From positions 91,204,001 to 91,268,000 of the forward strand of contig NW_024704742.1 in the NCBI RefSeq assembly GCF_018977255.1: a stretch of 64,000 nucleotides of DNA, given 5' to 3'. Made by a program: the position numbers and the translations under genes. Positions 13,641 to 24,602 of the stretch are shown in pieces. The DNA comes from Callorhinchus milii. Taxonomy: Eukaryota. How positions within the stretch are numbered: the first letter of the stretch is position 1; each line of letters begins with the position of its first letter. Under the pieces are notes generated by a model that saw only the letters and a program-made list of their open reading frames with translations, was not told the DNA's origin and made no database searches.

Positions 13641-13925
13641 TGGAGTCCTGTAGCTCAGTGGTTAGAGCACTTGCCTCGCAAGCAAGAGACCTGGGTTCGA
13701 TTCCCAGCAGTACGAAACCTTAGGAAAGTTTCCTTACTCCACCCGCCTGATAATAATCCCTCAAGAAAAAAAATAATAATTTGGTCACTCAATCCACTGT
13801 TTGTGGGACACTGCCGTGCGCAATTGGCTGCCGCGTTTCATCCACAAAATATACAGTCAATTCACTTCATAGTATATTCTGAAACATCTAGAAGACACTA
13901 TATCAAATGCAAGGATTATTATTAT
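13641..13925 (+). mobile_element. Short tRNA-derived SINE, internally deleted subfamily
   Basis: A box tagctcagtgg, B box ggttcgattcc; lacks the roughly 50-60 bp middle segment; tail aatgcaaggattattattat. Confidence 0.92.
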
Positions 13926-15669
13926 CTTAGAAAACGTAAGAAGTTCTTCAAATTAGACTTGGAAAAGGCAACAGTGGGCTTGGTGTCAAGTGTGCTGCTG
14001 GCTGAATACAAGTAGAGCCCTCAGGAGAACAGGCAGTTGACAACTGTATCTGTTTTTTCCCCATTCAATAGTTCATCAAGTGTAGCCTTCAGGTCTAGGA
14101 GATGGTCTAACAGACCCCCCTCCACCCTCCCCTCCCCCCATAAACACAGACAATCTGGAACGTGAAATGTTTGGAACTGAGGCACTTGAGATCTGCTAAT
14201 GGATTTCCAAAATGGTGAAGGGTGAAATTTACAAGATGGCCACACTGGCTTGAAGAATATTGGTGCCAATTCTAAAAAACAATGTTGGCTATATTACTGG
14301 TCAGCATGAGAAGTCTCAACTGACACACCCAAAAAAGACTTGAGCTGGTTAAACGAAAAATAACAATTATAAATGACAATGACAAGTGAATCATAAAACA
14401 GAAACACTAAAGTTTCCTGAATGTTTCTCTGGACACAATTAACTAGTGTGCCTGGGGTGGGGATGTGATTATATAGTGCACAGGAATGGAAGAATCACAA
14501 GCAATGTCTACATATATAATGTCGCAAGCTTAAAGGAAATATTCTCAAGTGATCTTCCCCTCGCAGAACATACCTCAGGTGCCAGTAATAAACAGACTCC
14601 AGCAGTGTGTGAATGATGGTCATTGAAAGAACTTAATATATATTAATAAATAATAATACATTGCTTTAACTTAAAATACTTTTAAGAAAATAATCAGGCT
14701 TTTTACGTTGCTGGATAGTAAAAATTGTCTTTGAATTTTATGTTGCAATGTATCTTTATCATACAGTAATAATATTAAATATTATTTATTTGTAGGAACA
14801 TAAGGGCTCTACTTTGGAACATGGGATCTCAAATAAATTTAAGAACTTGTCTTGCATTCTGCATTTTAAACTTGATTGCTAAACCTAATCGGAGGAACGA
14901 ACTTCCATTGTTCAATATGCTACAGCATTAACAATGTTGGGGTTGAGAGAGTGAAGTTCACAAGATGGGTTTTTGTGGATTTAAAGTGTTGAACAGACTT
15001 CTCCTTCCATTATTCAAGTTTGTTTGATTTTCAAGATGACATAACTCCATTTAAAAAATGTCTTTAATAAAATGCAATCAGATATGTATTTGGGTTCTAA
15101 CATTGTAAATATATTTAAATGTTCGTTGGTTTGTCTTCGGATAGTGATGGTGCAATAAAAAAAAATGAACTGCTCAATATGAAATTGATGCACACTCCAG
15201 TATTTGTGGCATAAGTTGTGTAGCCAACAGTTTACCAAATCAAGTACTATATTCAAATATTCACAGAAAGAGATCTGAAAACATAGAATAGCTTTGATTG
15301 CTAAACTTCATCATATTTTAAAATGAAATATTCCACCATTCAAAAGGTCAGGTTGCGAGCACTAGTATCCATTAGCACATGTACATCACAACTCTTTAAA
15401 GGTCAGGTGCCGAGGATTTCCAATTTCCTGTTAAATGTGTTCTTTACATAGTTTCCCATCTCTACTTTTTTCCACCGTTATAAATTAAATAATCGAATAC
15501 TCTTTAAAATGCATATACATAAAAATACACATTTGTATAAGATTCTCTCAATGAAAATATAATTGATGATTCCACGCTAAATATAACTAGGTCTTCAATT
15601 TTAGGTATTAACAGACTTAAAAATATAGTGTTTTATCAAATTGTGGTTTGTCTTCTGAATCCAATGATA

Positions 15670-15990
15670 AATACCCTCTAAACAAAGAAAAACTCCCTGG
15701 TATTTGTCCTGAAATTGCCCTTTGCAACTCTAAACCTGTGTTCTCTTGTTCTACTCTCTTCGTCATTCTAAAGTATTGTTCTGAGTTTATTTTTGCAATA
15801 CCATTCAAAATGTTATGCTCATCTATAATGTCCCTCTAAGACGCCTTCTCTAAAGACTGAAGAGTCCTAGCTTGTCTAACCGTTGCTCATAGCTCAGTAA
15901 CCCTGGGCAATCATCTTTGTTACTCTTGTCTGCACTGCCTCTAGTGCCTAGGCAGCATACTTATATTGTGATGACCAGAAGTGTATGGCA
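15670..15990 (-). mobile_element. CR1-like LINE 3' fragment
   Basis: Minus strand gives RL.KLGLFSLEK..LRG.II-like sequence; near-collinear with 21934-22140. Confidence 0.7.
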
Positions 15991-16809
15991 CCATCATGGC
16001 CAAAGCAAAGTACATTATAATAATAATTATGCCACAGTAACATGGCCAGATAGGTCATCGAAACCCAGACCAACCAGTGTTTAATTCCAACCTTCAGTGA
16101 TGATATATTGTAAAAAATACATACATACACACACACACATATACAAGCAACAGATTTTGGAGGTAAGATGAAAATATCCTGCTCAAACATTATATCCAAT
16201 TCTAATAGTTACTGCCTTACACGCACATTGTATGTTCCTACTGTGTTATGGATTGTCATGCTATTTTTATATAATAAATAGCTTATTTAGAAATGTGAGA
16301 ATTAATTACAATTATAAATATCCAACTTAATTGAACTCATATTCTAGGCTGAAACAATAGTGATTTCCTGGGTAAGTGTCAATTATCAGGGGTGCCATCC
16401 TTGAGGGGAGAATTTGTTTTACTACAAAAACGGTCACTAAATGTAAGATGTAATTACCAGTGAAAGTTTAAACTTTTGATGTGATAAAGTATTCTAAAAT
16501 GCAAGTTCTTTCTTTCTAAACAATTCAAGGCTTACCAATAACATTTAGAAACTTATTTTTATTCAGGACACAAATTCTGACAGTTAAAGCACATTTATCA
16601 GTGCAATTTCTGATATCCAAACCAAGTGTGCGATGTAACCATTGTTGAGGAAATGTTGCAAGTAGAAAGCATACATGGGCAGAATGAGTCAGAAACGATT
16701 GCAGCATTCCTTCCCAAGTTGGAAGATTCCTTCCCAAGATGTGAATCGGATGGAACACAATTGACCAAGACGGAAGGAATGCTTGCTTGATGGAAGGAAT
16801 ACTTTCCAG

Positions 16810-16985
16810 AATTAGGTAAGCAGAGAGCAATCCCTCCAGAGGGAGAGTGTGCACTCTATTCCTGCCACAGGGAAATTTCCATGTGCAGGTGGTATGCACA
16901 TAGAGAAGTCAGTTTGGTTTGGATACTCTGAAATATGTTGATGGTTTTCTAACTGTCAGACCCCTGACTAATCAAAAAATAAATA
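16810..16985 (+). repeat. Unclassified old interspersed repeat, copy 2 of 4 (others at 2543-2660 -, 27650-27905 -, 32135-32390 +)
   Basis: Shared blocks gggagagtg(t)gcactct, ggaaatttccat, agtttggtttgg(a/g)tactct, gatg..tttc...gtcaga.acc...ctgac.aa..aaat. Confidence 0.65.
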
Positions 16986-17474
16986 AAATGCCTACACTAT
17001 ACTGAACAGAACTGTAGCGACAAACAATTTACTTCAAATGAAAGGAACCTTCTTAAGCGTTTAAAATAATGTTGCAGAATCTGTGGTGTTTAAATCACAG
17101 ATTATGCCTGCCTGACAGGATGTTATTATTCTTATGAAAAATCAGGGCTAGCAAATACTCTACTTGAAAGAACACATTGTATCAGTGATTGGGTCCAGCT
17201 GAGCAAATTAAATTGTTAATTTGAACGCTCTGTGAAACTATATCATATGTTTAATGATTATAGCTTGTGTTATTTTGAAAATTATCATCGAGAATGACTC
17301 ATGTACTGAAACAAGATTCAATTAGTCATATAATTACTTAATTAGTAATTAAGGCCATAGTGACTCAAAACCATGTGACATATTTTTGAAGGTTAAAACA
17401 TTAACCAAAACTCTCAGGTTAAAAAAAATACATTTTGTTAATTTTTGCAGCAAGATCAGTTTATTTTGGTGGCT

Positions 17475-17710
17475 AAAAGCACTGTCAAGTGCATGGGTCT
17501 TAAGGTGGTTTTAAAAGCAAGGAGGGAAGGAGCAAAGACTCTGGGATAGAGCAGGGGGAAAAGGCTGAAGGCTCATCCATTGATGGTGAAGCAGACTGGG
17601 TAGGGAGACATGAAGGGAGCATCCAGAGGAGTAGGGTCGCAGGAGATCACAGGGGCAAGAGACATCTGAAAGTGAGGGTTTCTTGAGAATGGAGGTGCTG
17701 ATAGCGGTTT
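17475..17710 (-). mobile_element. L2 LINE fragment(s)
   Basis: FKTAISTSILKKPSL motif, matching LKTAVITPLLKKPSL at 41180-41230, plus L2 3' region sequence. Confidence 0.65.
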
Positions 17711-17769
17711 TGAAAACAGGAGATACTATGACCATGTTACCCAGATGGTGGATTGTACACTTTGCTTAC

Positions 17770-17886
17770 CTGTTTTAATAATTACATCTTGGAGCTCAGT
17801 CACTGAATCAACCACCGCAGCTAAGAGATCAGAACTTGAAAACCACCCAAGTGTTTGGCTAAAGGGGCTCTGCTGTTTTTCTTGAC
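17770..17886 (-). CDS. CCDC171: CCDC171 coding exon, 117 nt, phase 1-1
   Basis: tgttag|GT...G|gtaagc; QEKQQSPFSQTLGWFSSSDLLAAVVDSVTELQDVIIKT. Confidence 0.95.
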
Positions 17887-18029
17887 CTAACAAAAAATTA
17901 AAACGTAACATGATGGTACATAATCTCCCAAACCACAGAATCCTGTAAAAACAGAACATCTGAAATCACTGCTACTCCCTTTCTGAAATGACACCATGGT
18001 CAAAATTCCTTCAAAGCAAATAATAAATT

Positions 18030-18280
18030 GATCAATTCAATCCACGACTTTTTGTGGGACACTGCTGTGCGCAATTGGCTGCCGCATTTCGCCCACAAGT
18101 ATACAGTCAATTCACTTTACAGTATAAACTATGAAGCACTTTGAGATGTCTCGAAGGCATGATAAGGCACACAGCTGGCACAGACATGATGAGCCGAATG
18201 GCCTCGTTCTGTGCTCCATAATTCTATGATTCTCAATAATTCTATGATATCAAATGCAAGGATTGTATTTATTATATTAT
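18030..18280 (+). mobile_element. 5'-truncated short SINE carrying a CR1 3'-end insert at 18171-18247
   Basis: SINE tail gataaggcac...tatcaaatgcaagg is split by gatgagccgaatggcctcgttctgtgc...(ttctatga)n. Confidence 0.85.
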
Positions 18281-18499
18281 AAGAGGCAGTCACAATTCAA
18301 ATCCAAAATGTTTAGATTGCATTAAAAAGTTGCAAAATAAAAGCTTTAAGATAATACTACTAATGTTTTATAAACATCTTTTATTTAGCTCAATCGACAT
18401 TCAATGAGTATTAACTCAATGAAAAATTTGTTTAGTTTCTGAGAAACATTCTTCTTTAGAATACAAAGGAATATTATCAATACATATTGTAAACTCCTG

Positions 18500-18845
18500 T
18501 GGAGTCCTGTAGCTCAGTGGTTAGACCACTTGCCTCGCAAGCAAGAGCACCTTGGTTCGGTTCCCGGGCAGGGTGAAATGTTGGGCAAGTTTTCTTACTC
18601 CACACGCCTGTTTACCTGGCAGAACCAGTTTGCTAGTGGATTGGCGGTTCGCTTTTCTGGGGGTAATAATCCCTTAAAAATATATAATAATAATTTGTGA
18701 TACTGCTGTGCGCAATTGGCTGACTCATTTCACCCACAAAATATACGATCAATTCACTTTACAGTTATATTCTGTCAAACGCTTTGAGACCTTTCAAAGA
18801 CGTGATAAGGCGCTATATCAAATGCAAGGATTATTATTATATTAT
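18500..18845 (+). mobile_element. Short tRNA-derived SINE, full-length subfamily
   Basis: ggagtcctgtagctcagtggttag head; tail aaacgctttgagacc...gataaggcgctatatcaaatgcaaggattattattat. Confidence 0.92.
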
Positions 18846-19162
18846 ATAACTGAAATAATTTGCAATCTTGGACATGATGCTCAAGAACGGCTATACTGCT
18901 TAACAATGTATCAAATTGAATTACCTCTTTTGTTCCACACAAAATAACTTTCAATTAAAAATGTGTCATCACTGAACAAAATTCAATAAAATGTTAAATA
19001 ACTTTAGATAGTAAAATGGGTAGCATCGTGCATTAGGGCAATCTTCTCTCACCTCTGGGACCAGGTTAAAATCGTCATGGGACAACCTCTCCAAGTAAGC
19101 AATTGGAAATTGAAAGAAATAACCTTAGTAATATGCTGTTTGCTTATTGTGCTGATACTTAC

Positions 19163-19658
19163 TTGAACTAATGTAGGACTTTGCTCTGCCTGTGCAAACT
19201 AAAAGTCTTGGCGACTCCTTAAAGTTCTCAATCCAGGTAAAGAGTTGACCACATCCTCGACCAAAGGTTCGAAATCTATTTGCTGCTATGACGGCAATAA
19301 CACAGTTTCTAAAAACCTGAATCATTCCTCTGTCAAGAGTCTTCCTTTTCTTCGATTTGCCTGGATTACCTTCCACAGAAAGTACCTGAACAACAGTCTT
19401 GACCTCATTTTTGAAATATTCATAACTAATTATTTGCTCTTGAAGAAAGTTTTTTTGCACAAAGAATGCACAGGATCTACTGTATAATGGGTACAATGCA
19501 CCAGCCATCAAGGCACAAGCGGCCAGCAAGGCGGTATGCTCCTTCTGTGTCTGACACAAGGTCTTCTTGAGGAGAGATAATCCAAGAGTCAGCTGCTCTT
19601 TGACTTTTTCCAGACCAAATACTTTTTCTTTGGCTTCTTCAGCTGCTGCATGACATTT
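19163..19658 (-). CDS. CCDC171: CCDC171 coding exon, 496 nt, phase 0-1
   Basis: tcacag|AAA...A|gtaagt; KCHAAAEEAKEK...LLAACALMAGALYPLYSRSCA...FRNCVIAVIAANRF...LLVCTGRAKSYISS; the LLAACALMAGALYPLYSRSCA motif is characteristic of CCDC171. Confidence 0.97.
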
Positions 19659-19899
19659 CTGTGAAAATTAACCACATTGTTTCATAAATGAGGTTCATAA
19701 TTTCAAAACAATATGAAACGAAAATGCTTTGGTTAAAAATAATGTAGGGTACAACAAAGCTGCTAACAGAGGTTGTAATAACAGAGGAAAGCAGAACGAG
19801 ATTCAGCGCTAACATGTATACTGGCTAAAAAGAAACATTTGGGTAAATTTTGATTGTTATTTGTGATTAATATTTTTAATATTCTCCAAGTCGATTTCG

Positions 19900-20222
19900 T
19901 CAGGTTATCCAAAACTGCCGCACTCGTCCTCACCTGCACAAAACTTGCATACCTGTCACCTACATACAACCTCGACAGACTCCATTCGGCAAACTTAAGC
20001 CAGCTTTATGCCCCCATGAACTCCAGCTTTGGTGCCTGAGCCTTTAACAACTAAGATCCTACCTTCTGGAACACCTATCAGTCTTCAAAAGCTGATTAAA
20101 TATATACCTACTGCAGCAAGCATGCCTGTTGTCACTTCCCCTCTCCTCCTCACTCCCCATCACTCAGTAGCACAGTCTGTGTAAAGTATTCTGAGACTTG
20201 AAGGATGCTGTATAATCAAGCT
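19900..20222 (+). mobile_element. Degraded L2 LINE 3' fragment
   Basis: atccaaaactgccgcactcgtcctcacctgcac resembles the [10 protein letters not shown] region at 42165-42205; L2-like 3' UTR. Confidence 0.6.
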
Positions 20223-21234
20223 GTCGACTACAGTGGATCCTGGATTATCCCCCAAATAGAGGTTCGCAAAGAGTTCTTGTAAACTGATTCTCTAGCCTGA
20301 CTTTTTTTCCAAAAATGCTACATCAGCAACTTACTAAACCATATTAATATTAAAGTATTGAATAAACTGCATGTGCAATTACCTAGTTTGCTAAGTATTC
20401 CAGAAGAAAGCAATTATCTGCTAAACTCCATTGATTAGTTTTAATGTTTTTTGCCAATCGTGAATTAAAATAGCAAATTTTAATATATTTAAAGTTCTAA
20501 TAAACAGAAGTTTCAAGACAAAAGAATTATACCACCAGCTACAGGACCCAGCAGTAGCTCTCTTTACATACATTGGTATTGGGAAGAAATATGATTGAGA
20601 ACACACTGTGGTGTTCAGATTTATGAACTGCCACAATATGGCTGCCGCATTTCGCCCACAAACTATACACTCAATACATTTTTCAGGATATCCTGTAAAG
20701 CGCTTTGAGATGTTTCAACGACATGATAAGGCACTTTATCAAATGCAAAGATTATTTATTATTATGAAAGGTACCAAGAATGTTAAATTGTTCATTTCCC
20801 ACCTAGGATTTGTTCTGAACAAAATTATGTCAGAAAGGTTTGAAACTATTATGCTTTGCTTCCTTAAATCTTAGATTAAAAAAAACTGTTGTTCTGCTGA
20901 CATGTTATAAAGGGCTGCTCTGTATTTGCTTTTAAATCTGAGAATAGAAACAAATTCAAATTGACTGGAAATGGCACTCAGATTTTAAGCGTTCTGGGAT
21001 GCTAATGGTTGAGGGGTGCTACATGAATGCAAGTTGTTGTTGCTGTTGTACTAATACCAACTTTGAAACTTTTTCATTCTAATATTTAATCTGTAACTTC
21101 CCATTATCAAAATGTTGTTTCTATTCAAATGTAAGTACTATCAAATAAAAGTCAATCTGAACAATAGTAATAATAATACTTGCATTTGATATAGTGCCTT
21201 ATCACGTCTTCAAGATGTATATATTATATTCAAT

Positions 21235-21665
21235 CACCCTTTCTCAATTACCCTCTCTCAATCTCCCCCCTCTGTTTCTTTCTCTCTCCCTCTCCTTCAC
21301 ATTCACTCCATTTCACCCTCTCTCTCTCTGCCTCACACTCTCCCTCTCTCAAATTTCTCTCTGCTCTCCACTCTCTCAATCGCTCTCCGTCTCACTCCTC
21401 CTTTCTTACCTCTCACATATACTCTCTCCTCTTTTGCCTCCCACTTTCCTGCCACCCTCTCTCCCCCTTCTTTCCTCACCTCTCTTTCTCCCTCTCTTCC
21501 CGCTCTGTCTCTCCCCCTTCGCGCCCTCCCCTCTCACTCTTTCTCCCCCCTGTCTCTCTCTCCTCTCTCTTCCCCTCTCTATCTCTCCCCTTCCTCTCCT
21601 CCCCACCTCCTCTATCTCCCCTCTTCCCCCTGTCTAAATCCCTCTCTCCTCCAATCCCTCTCCCA
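21235..21665. repeat. CT-rich polypyrimidine low-complexity tract (about 430 bp)
   Basis: Almost only C and T on the + strand; source of the spurious ORFs 21194..21637 and 21406..21606. Confidence 0.92.
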
Positions 21666-21933
21666 AGTGTGGGTGACTATCTGCAGCGGCAGAAGCCAGT
21701 GATTGGCTGTTAAGGACACAGTTGGTAAGAGTCGCGCTTGCCTTTCTGACAAGACTGCAGTAAAGGTTTTGCGTGCTGCGTCCTCCCAACCGCTGGCTCC
21801 TGACACTGCCCTGGGGGTATGTTCACCAAGGAGGGAGGGAGGGAGTGGAATTTGTGATGGAAATGGTCGCGGGCCGTATAAAATCACCTGCTGAGCTGCT
21901 GGCGGCCCACGTGCCACCTGTTGGACCACGCTG
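21666..21933. mobile_element. One end of a hAT/Charlie-like non-autonomous DNA transposon
   Basis: Terminus gttggaccacgctg (reverse complement CAGCGTGGTCCAAC), subterminal gcgggccg/gcggccc motifs, flanked by ctctaagc; other TIR not found. Confidence 0.65.
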
Positions 21934-22140
21934 CTCTAAGCAAAGAAAAGTTCCCTGGTATCTACCCTGAAATTGCCCCTACAACTCTACTATCATGATA
22001 CATCATAAAGTATTGTTCTGGATTTATTTTTCAATCGCATTTAAAATTTTGTAGATCTCTGAGATCCTCTCTGAGTTGTCTTCTCTCAAGACTGAAGAGC
22101 CGTAGCTTGTCTAGCCATTGCTCATAGCTCTTTCCTCTAG
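21934..22140 (-). mobile_element. CR1-like LINE 3' fragment
   Basis: SYEQWLDKLRLFSLERRQLREDL in ORF 22031..22216 is a typical CR1 ORF2 C-terminal motif. Confidence 0.8.
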
Positions 22141-22149
22141 CACTAGCTG

Positions 22150-22303
22150 GCTGACTGTTTATGGGACATTGCTGCGCGCAATTGGCTGCCGCGTTCGCCC
22201 ACAAATATACAGTCAATTCACTTTACAGTGTGTTCTGTGAAGCGCTTTGGGACGTCCTCCCGACGTGAAAAGCGCTATATCAAATGCAAGGATTATTATT
22301 ATT
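22150..22303 (+). mobile_element. 5'-truncated short SINE with intact 3' stem-loop
   Basis: gggacattgctgcgcgcaattggctgccgcg core; agcgcttt-acgtc/gacgt-aaagcgct hairpin; (TTA)n tail. Confidence 0.88.
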
Positions 22304-22394
22304 CTTGTTGCTCTCCTCTGCACCACCTCTAGGACCTGGGCACCCCCACCCCCCCACTTTTGTCATGGTGACTAGAAGTGTATGCAGTGTTCCG

Positions 22395-23005
22395 CTTCGT
22401 GACGTCATCCACAAACATTGCACAAACTTCCACATGTACGTGGATGACACCCAACTCTATCTCTCTGCCTCCACCCTCGGCTCCAGGACCACTGCTGTTC
22501 TGCCTGTCAGACACCAAGCCCTGAATGAGAGGTAACTTTCTCCAATTGAATGTAGACAAAACAGAGGCCCTCCCATTAACACCTTTTCACCTCAGGCGCT
22601 GATAGCATCACTATACATGGATGTACCCTACACCTCACTAAACCAGTACAGAACCTCTGTGTTTTGTTCAACTCCCAATTATGCTTTAACGCTTCCCCCC
22701 CCTCATTTCCATGCCTTGACCCAATCAGTTTTCCCCCACCTTCGCAACATTGGTTGTCTCCGCCACCACCTCTACCCTTGTGTCCCCAAGACCCTTATCC
22801 ATGCTTTTATCACTCTAGGCTTAACTATGTGGAGTCTATGTTCACTGATCTTCCAAACTCTTCACTCTACAAGCTGGAGATTTTTCAAAGTTTTGCAGCT
22901 CATGTCCTTATTCGCACCAGAATCTGTGAGCCTATCACCCCCATCCTCGCTTGGCTCCCTTGACTACTGGTTCCCCATTCCTCAAAGGATTGAGTTTGAG
23001 ATCTT
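22395..23005 (+). mobile_element. L2 LINE RT fragment (frameshifted)
   Basis: NFHMYVDDTQLYLS (YADD-type RT motif), TLIHAFI, PITPILAWL, PIPQRIEF. Confidence 0.88.
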
Positions 23006-23579
23006 CTGGACAAACAAAATTACTCTTCATTGTAATTTTAAATTTGAATATGCAATCACCATTCATAATGATACTTCACAATTTGGACTCCTCAAAAAAG
23101 TCTGAGATTGGTCAGACAAGACCCACCTTGTCTGAACCGTGTTGGCTGTCAATTATTAGATTATTTTGATATGGGTAATAATACAAGTGTGAACATCATC
23201 ACACATCATCAGCAGGAACAGTGGCCACCATGACAGTCACTATAAGGTAAACCGGAACTCCATCACATCAACAATTACAACTTGCATTTATATAATGTCC
23301 TCTTCACATAGGGTAACATCTAGGAACACTTACATTATATACTATACACACACATATACACGCTACATCCATTGTAGTTAGGAGATTCCATGAACTGCTT
23401 TTAAAGTTGTAATCTCATTTTGAGGTTAAGTTGGTAGTGATACACTACTCAACCTTCACTCTTAAAGCTTATGATATCAACTGAACTTTCACACACACCA
23501 GTCAAAACCAACAGGGGACTACATACACATCTGCAATCCACTCGCACAGACACTGTCAATTCAGTCATTCAGATTGTAC

Positions 23580-23768
23580 CTGTGCCCTTGTATGAACCTC
23601 CCCAAGGAGTCCAGAATAATGTTCTTCTAACTCTATTTTCTGCTTCTGCCAGCCAGCCTCTCGCTCCTTCATCTGTTCGGCCAGTTTACTGAAAGTATTA
23701 TCCTGGCTTTGTTGCAATTCTTTTATAGTTTCATCCTTATTCCTACAAATATGCTCCAAGTGAGATAC
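23580..23768 (-). CDS. CCDC171: CCDC171 coding exon, 189 nt, phase 0-0
   Basis: ctacag|GTA...CAG|gtacaa; VSHLEHICRNKDETIKELQQSQDNTFSKLAEQMKEREAGWQKQKIELEEHYSGLLGEVHTRAQ. Confidence 0.96.
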
Positions 23769-23828
23769 CTGTAGGTTCAGAATTATTATAAAGGAATTAA
23801 AAACATTCACATCAATGTACACTTATAA

Positions 23829-24140
23829 CAATAATAATCATCCTTGAATTGATGTCGCGCTTTTCACATCTTCTAGAAGCCTGAAAGCGCTTAACATATA
23901 TACTGTAAAGTGAACTGACTGTATACTTGTGGGCGAAACTCGGCAGCCAATTGTGCACAGCAGTATCCCACAAACTGCCATAGGTTGAGTGACCAAATTA
24001 TTTTTGTTTTCTTTTCTTGAGGGATTTTTATCAGGCATGTGGAGTAAGCAAACTTGCTCAAGGTTTCGCCCTGCCAGGAATCGAACCCAGGTTTCTCGCT
24101 TGCAAGGCAAGTGCTCTAACCACTGAGCTACAGGACTTCA
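23829..24140 (-). mobile_element. Short tRNA-derived SINE, internally deleted subfamily
   Basis: Same head, same deletion junction (actccacatgcctg|ataaaaatccctcaag) and same tail as 13641-13925. Confidence 0.92.
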
Positions 24141-24411
24141 CACTTGTACAAAATGCACAATATAAATATAGAATATTATGAGCTGTATCTACAAGTCTTT
24201 CATTTGGAAAAAACTGATGGGCTAGGATTACTGTAAATTAAAAAGTTACCAGTGGAACAAACACAAAAATTACACTAATTGTAATTTAAAATATACAATC
24301 ATCATTCATAATGATGCTTCACACATGAAGCCAAATATCTTCAGTACTTAATTTAAGCTGCTGTGCGTGTCCCCACTTTTTACAATTGGTACTTATGACA
24401 TTAGGATATAC

Positions 24412-24550
24412 GATCAGAACTGAAGAAGGGTCGTGGACCTGAAACGTTAACTCACTTTCCTTTCTCCATAGATGCTGCCTGACCTGCTGAGTTTTCCCAG
24501 CTCTCTCTGTTTTGGTTCAGATTCCAGCGTCTGCAGTATTTTGTGTTTTG
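24412..24550 (+). mobile_element. Penelope-like terminal repeat fragment with a minimal hammerhead ribozyme motif
   Basis: CTGAAGA-A-GGGTC-gtg-GACCT-GAAACGTT at 24420-24448, followed by gatgctgcctgacctgctgag...ccagcgtctgcagt, which resembles an abundant chondrichthyan repeat as I recall it. Confidence 0.7.
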
Positions 24551-24602
24551 TTCATATTAAATTCACAGTGTATGCTGATACTTCAGTCCAATAATAACAA
24601 TA

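Noticed and set aside
13641..13715. tRNA gene (A box tagctcagtgg, B box ggttcgattcc, Ala-like loop)
   Set aside because: It is a SINE head: it runs into a SINE body and L2-type tail, occurs in five diverged copies, and lacks a proper acceptor stem.
21194..21637. 147-aa Leu/Ser/Pro-rich ORF and the antisense Arg/Glu/Gly-rich ORF
   Set aside because: Translation artefacts of the CT-rich tract.
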